Positions 48,386 to 59,790 of a stretch of DNA of 64,000 nucleotides are shown here, piece by piece. A program made the translations under genes and the position numbers. Each line of letters opens with the position of its first letter. Position 1 is the stretch's first letter. Source of the DNA: Sulfitobacter sp. (GTDB lineage Bacteria > Pseudomonadota > Alphaproteobacteria > Rhodobacterales > Rhodobacteraceae); the NCBI RefSeq assembly GCF_036961165.1, contig NZ_JBALVJ010000001.1:76999-140998 (forward strand), in the 5' to 3' direction. Below the pieces are notes generated by a model that saw nothing but the letters and a program-made list of their open reading frames with translations, was not told the origin of the DNA and did no database searches.

Positions 48386-48802
48386 ATGACCAAGACCTTA
48401 CAAGAGATTATCGATGCCAACCCCGAAGCCGAAACCTTTCGCTTCGGTGACACGCCCGAGCTGTGCGCAGAGATTATCGCGCTGGTGCGTAGTGGCACCA
48501 AAACCGCAACATGCGAAGCGGCATCTGCCTACGGGGCGGGTGGCGACGCATGGCCCGAAGTCGGCCGCCGCGATATCGCGCTCAACTGGGACGGAACTCC
48601 TGCCGTAATGATTGAGACGGTCGAGGTTACAACCCGGCGGTTTGAAGACATGGATGATGAATTTGTCGCCGCACAGGGCGAGTTTCGTGATCTGGACCAC
48701 TGGCGCGCTGCCTACGAGGCCTATTTTCGGCGCAACGGTGGGTTTGCTCCGGATATGGAGCTGATGTGTGAACGGTTCACCCTGATAGAGGATTACGCGT
48801 AA
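48386..48802 (+). CDS. ASCH (PUA-like) domain protein
   Basis: Motifs FGD...GTKTATC and W.G.P..MIET.EV; GAGGAGG ribosome-binding site; stop overlaps the next start (TAATG). Confidence 0.8.
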   Translation: MTKTLQEIIDANPEAETFRFGDTPELCAEIIALVRSGTKTATCEAASAYGAGGDAWPEVGRRDIALNWDGTPAVMIETVEVTTRRFEDMDDEFVAAQGEFRDLDHWRAAYEAYFRRNGGFAPDMELMCERFTLIEDYA

Positions 48803-50745
48803 TGTTCGATACGATCCTGATTGCGAACCGTGGTGAGATTGCTTGCCGCGTGATGGAAACGGCGCAAGCCATAGGCGTGCGCTGCGTGGCCGTCTATTCC
48901 GATGCTGATGCGGCGGCCAAACATGTGGCGATGGCGGATATGGCTGTTCACATTGGCGGCTCTGCTCCGGCAGACAGCTATTTGCGCGGCGATGTGATCA
49001 TTCAGGCGGCCCTTTATACCGGTGCGCAGGCGATCCATCCGGGCTATGGATTTCTCAGCGAGAACCCCACGTTTGTGGATGCGGTTGAAGCCGCAGGTCT
49101 GGTGTTTATCGGTCCCTCCGCTGATGCGATCCGCGCCATGGGCCTCAAGGATGCAGCAAAAGCGCTGATGGTAGAGGCCGGCGTGCCTGTCGTGCCGGGG
49201 TATCACGGCAAAGATCAATCCGATGATCTGCTAGCACGCGAGGCCGACAAGATCGGCTATCCGGTGCTGATCAAGGCGGTCGCTGGGGGCGGGGGCAAGG
49301 GTATGCGTTTGGTTGAGCAAGCCTCCGGCTTTGCCGAGGCGCTGGCCAGTGCGCGTTCGGAGGCCAAGACAGCCTTTGGCAACGCGGACGTGTTGGTCGA
49401 AAAATTTGTCAGCCAGCCGCGTCATATCGAGGTGCAGGTTTTTGGCGACGGTAATCAAGCAGTGCACCTGTTCGAGCGGGATTGCTCGCTCCAGCGCCGA
49501 CACCAGAAGGTGATCGAAGAAGCGCCAGCGCCCGGCATGACGGCGCAGATGCGCGAAGCAATGGGGCAGGCAGCAGTGCGCGCGGCCGAAGCGATCGGCT
49601 ATAAGGGTGCGGGCACGGTTGAATTCATCGTGGATGGCTCTGACGGGCTGAAGGCGGATGGCTTTTTCTTTATGGAGATGAACACGCGCTTGCAGGTGGA
49701 GCATCCTGTGACCGAGGCGATCACCGGCGTCGATCTGGTCGAATGGCAGCTGCGGGTCGCCGCGGGCGAAGATCTGCCAAAGTTTCAGGAAGAGCTTGAG
49801 ATCATCGGTCACGCCTTCGAGGCGCGCCTATATGCCGAAGACGTGCCAAAGGGCTTCCTGCCTGCAACGGGTACGCTGACACATCTGGCGTTTGATCCTG
49901 CCTGCCGCGCCGATAGCGGCGTGCGCGCGGGCGACACCATCAGCCCGTTCTACGATCCGATGATCGCCAAGGTGATCGTTCACGGTCCGACCCGTGATGT
50001 GGCTCTGGCACGGTTGCGGCAGGCGCTGGCGCAGTGCGAGGTTGCAGGCACCGTCACAAACCTTGCGTTCCTGGGTGCTCTGGCGGGCCATCAAGGCTTC
50101 CGACAGGGTGAGGTCGATACCGGCCTGATTGCGCGCGACATTGATGCGCTCACCACACCACCGGAAATCGCGCCGCGTCATGTGGCATTGGCCGGCATGG
50201 CGGCGATGGGCGTTATCGAAGCCACGCCACAGCAGGGCTTTAGCCTGTGGGAACCCTTAATGCAGCAGATTGTTCTGGAATGGTCCGATACGTTGCACAC
50301 GATCAAGGCCGAAATATTGTGCGCCGATAGCCAGCGCTGGCACATCGGCGACGATATAGTCGAGGCGCGGCGGATTGGCGGGCGTTGGCAGATCGCAGGA
50401 CTGCCTGCCGCGCGGGTCGCCGTTTCGGGTGATACCATCACCGTTTTTGACGGCTATGGTCTGGTGTTTAAGCGGATCGATCCGCTGCTGCAGGCTGCAG
50501 GCGCGCAAGGGGACGGCAACCTGATCGAAGCGCCGATGCCCGGTCTGGTGCGCGATGTCTTTGCCAAGGTAGGGCAGCGGGTCAACCAAGGCGACCGCCT
50601 GGCCATTCTTGAGGCGATGAAGATGGAGCACAGCCTGCTAGCCGCACGCGACGGTGTGGTGGCAGAGGTGCTAGCACAAGCAGGCGATCAGGTTGAGGCT
50701 GGGGCGGCACTGGTCCGGCTTGAGCCAGAAAAAGACGCCGCATGA
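48802..50745 (+). CDS. liuD: 3-methylcrotonyl-CoA carboxylase, biotin-containing (alpha) subunit
   Basis: Motifs ANRGEIA, HPGYGFLSEN, EMNTRLQVEHP and biotinylation motif AMKME. Confidence 0.93.
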   Translation: MFDTILIANRGEIACRVMETAQAIGVRCVAVYSDADAAAKHVAMADMAVHIGGSAPADSYLRGDVIIQAALYTGAQAIHPGYGFLSENPTFVDAVEAAGLVFIGPSADAIRAMGLKDAAKALMVEAGVPVVPGYHGKDQSDDLLAREADKIGYPVLIKAVAGGGGKGMRLVEQASGFAEALASARSEAKTAFGNADVLVEKFVSQPRHIEVQVFGDGNQAVHLFERDCSLQRRHQKVIEEAPAPGMTAQMREAMGQAAVRAAEAIGYKGAGTVEFIVDGSDGLKADGFFFMEMNTRLQVEHPVTEAITGVDLVEWQLRVAAGEDLPKFQEELEIIGHAFEARLYAEDVPKGFLPATGTLTHLAFDPACRADSGVRAGDTISPFYDPMIAKVIVHGPTRDVALARLRQALAQCEVAGTVTNLAFLGALAGHQGFRQGEVDTGLIARDIDALTTPPEIAPRHVALAGMAAMGVIEATPQQGFSLWEPLMQQIVLEWSDTLHTIKAEILCADSQRWHIGDDIVEARRIGGRWQIAGLPAARVAVSGDTITVFDGYGLVFKRIDPLLQAAGAQGDGNLIEAPMPGLVRDVFAKVGQRVNQGDRLAILEAMKMEHSLLAARDGVVAEVLAQAGDQVEAGAALVRLEPEKDAA

Positions 50746-51404
50746 TCACGCTGCACCATGTTCCGCAAAGCCGCTCCATGCGCAGCCTGTGGCTGCTGCA
50801 TGAGCTGGGCGTGGATTTCGAGGTGAAAACCTATCCTTTCGACAAAAGCCTGCGTGCACCTTCCTACCTTGCCAAAAGTCCGGCTGGGCGTGTGCCCGCG
50901 CTTGAGATCGACGGGGACGCGATATTCGAGACGGGAGCGATCACCGAGGTGCTCTGCGAGCGGTTCTCGCCAGAGGTGCTTGGTCGCCCTGCGGGTCACC
51001 CCGAGCGCGCGCAATGGCTGATCTGGGTGCATTTTGCCGAAACCATCAGCCAGCATGCTGCAGCCCTTACACAGCAGCACGTGGCGCTACGCGAAGACCA
51101 CATGCGCAGCCCCATCGTGATGAAGCTGGAAGCGGCGCGTCTGGCCAAATGCTATGCCGCACTTGAGACGCGTTTGGCGGGGCGGGAGTATTTGCTGGAC
51201 GGTGGCTTTTCCGCCGCCGATGTCTCGGTCGGGCAGGCGGTCTATCTGGCGCGCTTCTTTGCGCATCTCGAAGGGTTTGACGCTGTTGCGAAGTGGTACG
51301 CGCGGATCACTGAACGCGCAGGCTTCAAGGCCGCTTTGCCTGCGGAGAACGAGAAGCTCTTTTCAGAGACATTTTTTCCGCCCTGGGAGCTATCTGCGTG
51401 CTAG
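50742..51404 (+). CDS. Glutathione S-transferase family protein
   Basis: Motifs SRSMRSLWLL.ELG, P.GRVPAL, ETGAI and FSAADV. Confidence 0.88.
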   Translation: MITLHHVPQSRSMRSLWLLHELGVDFEVKTYPFDKSLRAPSYLAKSPAGRVPALEIDGDAIFETGAITEVLCERFSPEVLGRPAGHPERAQWLIWVHFAETISQHAAALTQQHVALREDHMRSPIVMKLEAARLAKCYAALETRLAGREYLLDGGFSAADVSVGQAVYLARFFAHLEGFDAVAKWYARITERAGFKAALPAENEKLFSETFFPPWELSAC

Positions 51405-51428
51405 GCTGGAAAAAATAGGGAGGATGCG

Positions 51429-52283
51429 ATGACTTTAGGACGGTGTGAGATATTCGAAGTCGGCCCGCGTGACGGGCTGCAAAACGAGGCCCGCGAGATA
51501 CCCGTGGCCGAGAAGATCGCGCTGGTGAACAAGCTGAGCGATGCCGGATTTGCGCGTATTGAATGCGCTAGTTTTGTGTCTCCCAAATGGGTTCCACAGA
51601 TGGCTGGCTCGGGTGAAGTTCTCGCGGGGATCACGCGCAAGGACGGTGTGCGCTACGCCGCGCTGACCCCTAACATGCATGGCTATAACGATGCGATTGC
51701 GGCAGGCGCGGATGAGATCGCCATTTTCGCCAGTGCTTCTGAAGGGTTTTCGCAGAAAAACATTAACGCTTCGATTGCGGAAAGCATCGAACGCTTTGCC
51801 CCGATTTTGGAAGAGGCGCGGCATATTGATCTGCCGGTGCGCGGGTATGTCTCTTGCGTTGTGGCCTGTCCCTATGACGGGCCGGTGGCACCGTCTGCAG
51901 TGGCCGATATCGCGGACAAACTGTTTGCGATGGGCTGTTATGAGATTTCACTGGGTGACACGATTGGCGCAGGGACCCCTGACAGCATCGCGCGGATGCT
52001 GCTGGCTGTCCGCGATGTGGTGCCGGCAGGGCGGCTTGCGGGGCACTACCATGACACAGGTGGTCGGGCGATGGACAACATCGACGCGAGCCTGTCTCTT
52101 GGCCTGCGGGTGTTTGATGCGGCTGTGGGCGGCTTGGGCGGTTGTCCTTATGCACCGGGTGCCTCTGGCAATGTCGCGACCGAGGCGGTGGCCGCTCATC
52201 TGGCGGCACTCGGCTATGAAACAGGACTTGATCTGGACGTGATCAATCAAGCCGCTGACATGGCCCGTGCAATGCGCGGCTAA
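51429..52283 (+). CDS. liuE: Hydroxymethylglutaryl-CoA lyase
   Basis: Motifs EVGPRDGLQNE, HYHDT and GLGGCPYA. Confidence 0.95.
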   Translation: MTLGRCEIFEVGPRDGLQNEAREIPVAEKIALVNKLSDAGFARIECASFVSPKWVPQMAGSGEVLAGITRKDGVRYAALTPNMHGYNDAIAAGADEIAIFASASEGFSQKNINASIAESIERFAPILEEARHIDLPVRGYVSCVVACPYDGPVAPSAVADIADKLFAMGCYEISLGDTIGAGTPDSIARMLLAVRDVVPAGRLAGHYHDTGGRAMDNIDASLSLGLRVFDAAVGGLGGCPYAPGASGNVATEAVAAHLAALGYETGLDLDVINQAADMARAMRG

Positions 52284-52317
52284 GCAGCATCCAAGAAAAC
52301 TTCGAGAAGAGACGCTG

Positions 52318-53100
52318 ATGTTTGAGACGATAACGATTGAAACTGATGACCGCGGGGTCGCTACCCTGACACTTGCTCGTGCGGACAAGCATAACGCGCT
52401 GAGCGCGCTGATGCTGGCGGAGTTGACCCAGGCAGCAGCAGATCTGGCGGCGGACAAGGCGGTGCGAGTCGTCGTCCTTGCCGCCGCTGGCAAGACGTTT
52501 TGCGCGGGCGGTGATCTTGCATGGATGCAAGATCAGATAGGGATGGACGCGGCCACGCGTGCAGCCGAGGCGGGCAAGCTGGCGACTATGCTAGGTGCGC
52601 TCAACCGTTTGCCCAAACCGCTGATCGGGCGGTTGCACGGTAACGCTTTTGGCGGTGGCGTCGGTATGGCTGCAGTCTGTGATGTGGCTGTGGGTGTTGA
52701 TACGCTCAAAATGGCGCTGACAGAGACCAAGCTGGGCATCATTCCAGCGACCATCGGGCCGTATGTGATTGCGCGCATGGGCGAGGGGCGCGCGCGACGC
52801 GTGTTCATGTCAGGCCGTGTATTTGGCGCGCCAGAGGCGGTTGAGTTGGGTCTGCTTGCGCGCGCGGTGCCAGAGGCAGAGCTGGACGCAGCCGTGGACC
52901 GCGAAGTGGTGCCCTATCTCGCCTGTGCACCCGGTGCCGTTGCTGCGGCCAAGAAGCTGGCGCAGGATTTGGGCGGCGCCGCCACCGAGGAAGCCGTGGC
53001 CATGTCGATTGCTGCGCTGGCTGCACGCTGGGAAACCGAAGAAGCCGCCGAAGGCATCGGCGCGTTTTTCGAAAAGCGCAAAGCGGCTTGGGTCGTTTGA
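52318..53100 (+). CDS. liuC: Crotonase family protein, methylglutaconyl-CoA hydratase
   Basis: Motifs KHNAL, FCAGGDL, AFGGGVG and ETKLGIIP; liu context. Confidence 0.85.
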   Translation: MFETITIETDDRGVATLTLARADKHNALSALMLAELTQAAADLAADKAVRVVVLAAAGKTFCAGGDLAWMQDQIGMDAATRAAEAGKLATMLGALNRLPKPLIGRLHGNAFGGGVGMAAVCDVAVGVDTLKMALTETKLGIIPATIGPYVIARMGEGRARRVFMSGRVFGAPEAVELGLLARAVPEAELDAAVDREVVPYLACAPGAVAAAKKLAQDLGGAATEEAVAMSIAALAARWETEEAAEGIGAFFEKRKAAWVV

Positions 53101-53262
53101 CAACGCATTGACAGGCAATGCTTCGCTAAACGCGCGGGTGACAGGTAGTCTGTATATTCCTAAATGGGTCACTGTGCCTTAGAGTGGTGAAGACAGTGCC
53201 TTGCTGTCAAAAGTACCAATGCGCGCGGCACGATGTCTGCAGGATCAAGGAATTAAAGTCGT

Positions 53263-54336
53263 ATGGCCGACCAAACCCTATTTTCGCGGCTTACCAAAAA
53301 GGTCGAAAAGCTGGTCAAATCTGTACGGCTGAAGGCATCGATCAAGCAGATACATGGCCCGCAGCAATTTGATCTGGCACCGGACGATGTGGTCGTGGTT
53401 GTCATGGTCAAAAACGGCGCGTTCTACCTTGATGCGTTTTTTGAGAATTACAGAACCTTGGGCGCCAAGCACTTTGTTTTCATTGATAACGGGTCAAGTG
53501 ACGGCACCGATGCGCAGATCAAAGCGCAGGACGGTACAGTCATTTTGCGCTCGACGCTGCCGATGAAAACCTATGAGAACGAATTTCGCCGCCACGGCGC
53601 GCAGAGTTTTGCGCATAATCACTGGGTTCTCTATGCGGACGTTGACGAGCTGTTTGATTTTGAAGGCAGCGAAGCCTTGGGTCTGCGCGGTTTGGTGCGT
53701 TATCTGACGGGGCAGGGGTACACGGCGCTGATGGCTCAGATGCTGGATGTGTTTCCGGTCGCCAGTATCCAGTCTTACGCGCAGGCAACGTTCGAGCAGG
53801 CGATTGCGGATTACCAGTATTATGATCTGAGTCAGATCGTGCGCTATGATTACACGGATGACGCCATCGAATTCTCGTACTTCATGGGCACTAATACCAC
53901 CTCAAATAACGACCTGAAGTTCATGTTCGGCGGGGTGCGCAAAAAGATATTTGATGAGATGTGTTGCCTGACCAAGCATCCGCTTGTCTTTGTTGATGAC
54001 ATGACATGGCCCAATCCGCATCCGCATGTGGCAGCACATGTTCGGGTGGCGGACTTTAGTGCGGTGATCAAGCACTACAAATTCACGGATGATCCATTTG
54101 CCCGTGACCTCCAAACGCTGCGCGATGGCACCCTTACTCATGGGGAAAACAAGCTGCGTCTGGATGTGATCGCCAATACGCCTGATATCTCGTTTTATTC
54201 GGAAGACGCCTTGCAATGGGGCGGGGTAGAGGCACTTTATCCACAGAAGTTTCTGGTCCAGTCGCCGGTGTTTACCGAATTTGTGAGGCAGGAGCGGGCG
54301 CGATTGGTTGCGACAATGGGTGGCACAGGGGGGTGA
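53263..54336 (+). CDS. Glycosyltransferase family 2-like protein
   Basis: Motifs IDNGSSDGT, WVLYADVDELF and LTKHPL. Confidence 0.8.
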   Translation: MADQTLFSRLTKKVEKLVKSVRLKASIKQIHGPQQFDLAPDDVVVVVMVKNGAFYLDAFFENYRTLGAKHFVFIDNGSSDGTDAQIKAQDGTVILRSTLPMKTYENEFRRHGAQSFAHNHWVLYADVDELFDFEGSEALGLRGLVRYLTGQGYTALMAQMLDVFPVASIQSYAQATFEQAIADYQYYDLSQIVRYDYTDDAIEFSYFMGTNTTSNNDLKFMFGGVRKKIFDEMCCLTKHPLVFVDDMTWPNPHPHVAAHVRVADFSAVIKHYKFTDDPFARDLQTLRDGTLTHGENKLRLDVIANTPDISFYSEDALQWGGVEALYPQKFLVQSPVFTEFVRQERARLVATMGGTGG

Positions 54337-54407
54337 TCTTGCAAGCAGTTGGTTTATTCCCCTCCATTTTGCCTTCCAAGGACAGCACCTTTCCCCGTCG
54401 CATGCCG

Positions 54408-54436
54408 TTGACCCCATGAGCATGCAGGGCTAAACC
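54408..54436 (+). promoter_or_regulatory. Putative sigma70 promoter of the nuo operon (TTGACC-N17-TAAACC)
   Basis: Exact 17-nt spacing, about 56 nt upstream of nuoA. Confidence 0.55.
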
Positions 54437-54492
54437 CCCTGTAAAGCGTTGCGCGGTAGGTTTGCCGCTGCCATCCGAGAAAGGAGCCACCC

Positions 54493-55986
<1,494 letters not shown>

Positions 55987-55990
<4 letters not shown>

Positions 55991-57213
55991 TGGACGGCAC
56001 CAAAGGTTTCGACGACGCCCTGACAGGCGAACAGAAAATCCGCAATTTCAACATCAACTTTGGCCCGCAGCACCCTGCGGCCCACGGTGTTTTGCGTCTG
56101 GTGCTTGAACTCGACGGTGAGATTGTTGAGCGTTGCGATCCGCACATCGGCCTGCTGCACCGTGGCACCGAAAAGCTGATGGAAAGCCGCACGTATCTGC
56201 AAAACCTGCCGTATTTCGACCGGTTGGATTATGTGGCGCCGATGAATCAGGAACACGCATGGTGTCTGGCCATCGAGCGTCTGACGGGCGTCGAGGTGCC
56301 GCGCCGTGCGAGCCTGATCCGTGTGCTCTACTCAGAAATCGGCCGCATCCTGTCCCACCTGTTGAACGTCACGACACAGGCGATGGACGTTGGCGCGCTC
56401 ACCCCACCACTGTGGGGCTTTGAAGAGCGCGAAGATCTGATGATCTTTTATGAACGTGCCAGCGGCGCGCGTCTGCACGCGGCGTACTTTCGCCCCGGTG
56501 GTGTACACCAAGACCTGCCAGAGGCGCTGCTCGATGATATCGAGACATGGACGCATAAGTTCCTGAGCGGCTTCATGGTCGACATCGACACGCTGCTGAC
56601 CGAAAACCGCATCTTCAAACAGCGTAACGTCGATATCGGTGTTGTCACAGAGCAGGACATCTCGGACTGGGGTTTCTCCGGTGTGATGGTGCGCGGTTCT
56701 GGCCTTGCGTGGGATTTGCGCCGTGCGCAGCCCTATGAATGCTACGATGAGTTTGATTTCCAGATCCCTGTCGGCGTGAATGGCGATTGCTATGACCGCT
56801 ATCTGGTGCGGATGGAAGAAATGCGTCAATCTGCCAGCATCATGTTGCAGGCGATTGAAAAGCTGCGGGGACCCGAAGGGAAGGGCGATATCCTTGCCCG
56901 TGGTAAGATCACACCGCCCAAGCGTACGGATATGAAAACCTCGATGGAGAGCCTGATCCACCACTTCAAGCTCTACACTGAAGGCTTTCACGTACCTGCT
57001 GGTGAAGTCTATGCGGCCGTTGAGGCGCCCAAGGGTGAATTCGGCGTGTATCTGGTCGCCGATGGCTCCAACAAACCATACCGCGCCAAGCTGCGCGCGC
57101 CCGGCTATCTGCACCTGCAAGCGATGGACTACATCGCCAAGGGGCACCAGTTGGCTGACGTGGCAGCGATCATCGGGACGATGGATATCGTATTTGGTGA
57201 GGTGGACCGTTGA
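55987..57213 (+). CDS. nuoD: NADH-quinone oxidoreductase subunit D
   Basis: Motifs [21 protein letters not shown] and VEAPKGEFG. Confidence 0.98.
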
Positions 57214-57417
57214 AGGCAACTCTGGCACCTGTTGTTCTGGTTCTCGGTGTGTCGGCGGCATATGTCGACGACACAAGCAGACGTACAGATACCTGAATTG
57301 GGAATTGACTGACTGACAGCGATAAAGTTGTCGCGCGAAATGATGGCAGAGGGCATTGCGACCTTCGCCAAGGATGAAGAAACGCTGCTGCTGCTGCCCC
57401 CCGCGTGCAAAATCTGA
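57210..57417 (+). pseudogene. Possible decayed small secreted-protein gene between nuoD and nuoE
   Basis: TTG overlapping the nuoD stop opens a signal-like peptide [17 protein letters not shown]; another frame reads QADVQIPELGID*LTAIKLSREMMAEGIATFAKDEETLLLLPPACKI*. Confidence 0.3.
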
Positions 57418-57435
57418 AGCGACAAGGAACAAGAT

Positions 57436-58695
57436 ATGCTGCGTAGACTGCACCCCGACCAACCCGCTTCTTTCGCCTTCACTCCAGCCAATCAGGCATG
57501 GGCAGAAGCGCAGATCACCAAGTATCCCGAAGGCCGACAGGCCAGCGCGATCATTCCGCTTTTGTGGCGTGCCCAAGAGCAGGAGGGCTGGCTGAGCCGT
57601 CCCGCGATCGAGCATATCTCGGAAATGCTGGGCCTCGCCTACATTCGCGGGCTGGAAGTGGCGACGTTCTATTTCATGTTTCAGCTGCAACCGGTTGGTT
57701 CTGTTGCGCATATTCAAGTTTGCGGCACCACGTCCTGCATGATCTGCGGGGCAGAGGATCTGATCGGTATCTGTAAGGAAAAAATCGCACCGAAGGCGCA
57801 TCAGTTGTCTGCGGATGGCAAGTTTTCGTGGGAAGAAGTCGAATGTCTGGGCGCATGTTCGAACGCACCAATGGCGCAGATCGGCAAAGACTATTACGAA
57901 GACCTGACTGGTGAGCGTTTTACGCAGATGCTGGATGAGCTTGCTGCTGGCAAGGTGCCGAAACCCGGCCCGCAAAGCGGCCGCTATGCATCCGAGCCTC
58001 TGGGTGGGCTGACATCGTTGACTGATCATGACAGCGGCAAGACGCAGTATAACGCTTCTGTGCAACTGGCGACTGACATTGGCGATACGGTTAAGCGGAT
58101 CGACGGCACCGAAGTACCACTGCTGACGCCGTGGCAGGGCAAAGCCGCCAATAGCGGCAAGTCGCCCGCTAAGGCAAAGCGTGATGACATGATGCCGCCG
58201 TCCGGTCTGGATGGCGCACAAGGTGGTCGTACCAAAACGGAAAAATCTGCCAAGCGCTCTGTAGGTGCTGCATCTGACAAGGTTGCCGAAGCAGCGGGCG
58301 AGGCGCCCGAAGCCATGGCCAAGGCCAAGCCAGCGCGCGGCACTGTTGCACCAGCTCCAAAATCAGACCTGAAGGCGCAGTCAGGCACAGCTACAACAGG
58401 CGCCGGCAAGAAGCCCCGCACGATGAGCGTGCCGCGTAAATCTGGCGCGGATGACCTCAAGATGATCAAGGGCGTTGGTCCAAAGCTTGAAACCATTTTG
58501 AATACTATGGGTTTTTTCCATTTTGACCAAATCGCAAAATGGGGGCAAGATGAGCTCGCATGGGTAGACCAGAACCTCGAAGGGTTTAAAGGCCGCGCGT
58601 CGCGCGACAATTGGGTTGATCAGGCGGGTCGGCTTGCGCGGGGGGAACAAACTGAATTCTCTGCGAAGGCTGGAAAAGACGGGCGCTACAAATAG
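57436..58695 (+). CDS. nuoE: NADH-quinone oxidoreductase subunit E with long C-terminal extension
   Basis: 2Fe-2S motifs [11 protein letters not shown] and [11 protein letters not shown]; the extension ends in an HhH-like domain [14 protein letters not shown]. Confidence 0.95.
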   Translation: MLRRLHPDQPASFAFTPANQAWAEAQITKYPEGRQASAIIPLLWRAQEQEGWLSRPAIEHISEMLGLAYIRGLEVATFYFMFQLQPVGSVAHIQVCGTTSCMICGAEDLIGICKEKIAPKAHQLSADGKFSWEEVECLGACSNAPMAQIGKDYYEDLTGERFTQMLDELAAGKVPKPGPQSGRYASEPLGGLTSLTDHDSGKTQYNASVQLATDIGDTVKRIDGTEVPLLTPWQGKAANSGKSPAKAKRDDMMPPSGLDGAQGGRTKTEKSAKRSVGAASDKVAEAAGEAPEAMAKAKPARGTVAPAPKSDLKAQSGTATTGAGKKPRTMSVPRKSGADDLKMIKGVGPKLETILNTMGFFHFDQIAKWGQDELAWVDQNLEGFKGRASRDNWVDQAGRLARGEQTEFSAKAGKDGRYK

Positions 58696-58731
58696 CGTCT
58701 AACACAGTCCATCTGGGGGATAGATTAAGAC

Positions 58732-59775
58732 ATGGCTTATAAAGAAAACTACACGGAGTGCCAGAAAACCTGTTGGTTGATCGCCGCACTGGCCGGTTTG
58801 CTGGCAATGGTGTTGCTGTATGCTGTTGCCGATTTCGGCGCGTTCAAGGCGATCTTCACCGGCGCACTTCTAGGCTTCATTCTGGGCGTTATTCTGATGC
58901 TGACCATGTGCAAGTCGCAAGTTTCGGCAGGCGACATGTCCTCATCGGCCAAGTCGGCAACAGGCACTGGCGCAACATCAACTGACAGCAAGACGGTTGC
59001 AAGCGGTGCCACACAGGCTTCGAATACAACCTCAAAGCCCGCTAGCGCGGCTGAAAGTGTTGCCGCCAGTACTTCTACCTCAAATGAAAGCACTGCAGGC
59101 GGCGAAGTTTCCGACGTTACGGCTTCAGCAGAGACAGACACGTCAGCGCCAGCGGGCGCGATGGCGCAGGTGAATACCACGCCTTCTGCTGCGCTGAGCA
59201 TGCCGGTGGCAAACACATCTGACGCTGCTGAGCCGAAGGCAGAGGTCACAACAACTGCTGCCAAAGCTTCTGCGCCAGCCTCAAGCAGCAAAGCAAAAGC
59301 CGCGTCAAAGGCAAAGACAGCGGCAAAAGCGAAATCTGCAACGGCCAAGCCCAAAGCGGCATCCGCTGCGCCAAAGGCCAAAGCTGCTGCAACGCCTAAA
59401 GTCAAAGCAGCAACAGCACCGAAGGCTAAAGCAGCAACAGCGGCGCCTAAAGCCAGCGCTGCAACTATGGCCCTCAAAGCAAAAGCTGCGGCACCTGCGG
59501 CAAAGAAACCCGAGATGCTGAGCGCGCCGCGCCCTGAGGGCAAAGACGATCTCAAGCTGATCAGCGGTGTTGGGCCAAAGCTGGAGCAGACATTGAATGA
59601 TTTGGGCGTCTACCATTTCGATCAGGTCGCCAAGTGGAAGAAGAAAGACATCACTTGGGTCGACGACAATCTGCGCTTTAAGGGCCGGATCGCGCGCGAC
59701 GATTGGATGTCACAGGCCAAGATACTGGCCAAAGGCGGCGAGACTGCATTCTCGAAGCGTAAGAAGAAAACCTGA
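58732..59775 (+). CDS. Membrane-anchored low-complexity protein with C-terminal HhH-like domain (paralogous to the NuoE tail)
   Basis: Two N-terminal TM helices, Ser/Thr/Ala-rich linker, KAKAA repeats and DDLKLISGVGPKLE domain. Confidence 0.85.
   Translation: MAYKENYTECQKTCWLIAALAGLLAMVLLYAVADFGAFKAIFTGALLGFILGVILMLTMCKSQVSAGDMSSSAKSATGTGATSTDSKTVASGATQASNTTSKPASAAESVAASTSTSNESTAGGEVSDVTASAETDTSAPAGAMAQVNTTPSAALSMPVANTSDAAEPKAEVTTTAAKASAPASSSKAKAASKAKTAAKAKSATAKPKAASAAPKAKAAATPKVKAATAPKAKAATAAPKASAATMALKAKAAAPAAKKPEMLSAPRPEGKDDLKLISGVGPKLEQTLNDLGVYHFDQVAKWKKKDITWVDDNLRFKGRIARDDWMSQAKILAKGGETAFSKRKKKT
59290..59510 (+). repeat. Imperfect tandem peptide repeats (P)KAKAA(T)A
   Basis: Translation KAKAASKAKTAAKAKSATAKPKAASAAPKAKAAATPKVKAATAPKAKAATAAPKA; the DNA copies are degenerate. 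Confidence 0.8.
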
Positions 59776-59790
59776 GTTTAGGAGCCGTCC

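Noticed and set aside
56332-58221. 629-aa antisense ORF opposite nuoD-nuoE
   Set aside because: Shadow ORF produced by the strong codon bias of highly expressed genes; no recognisable motifs.
58749-59555. 268-aa Ala-rich antisense ORF
   Set aside because: Mirror of the low-complexity repeat gene on the + strand.
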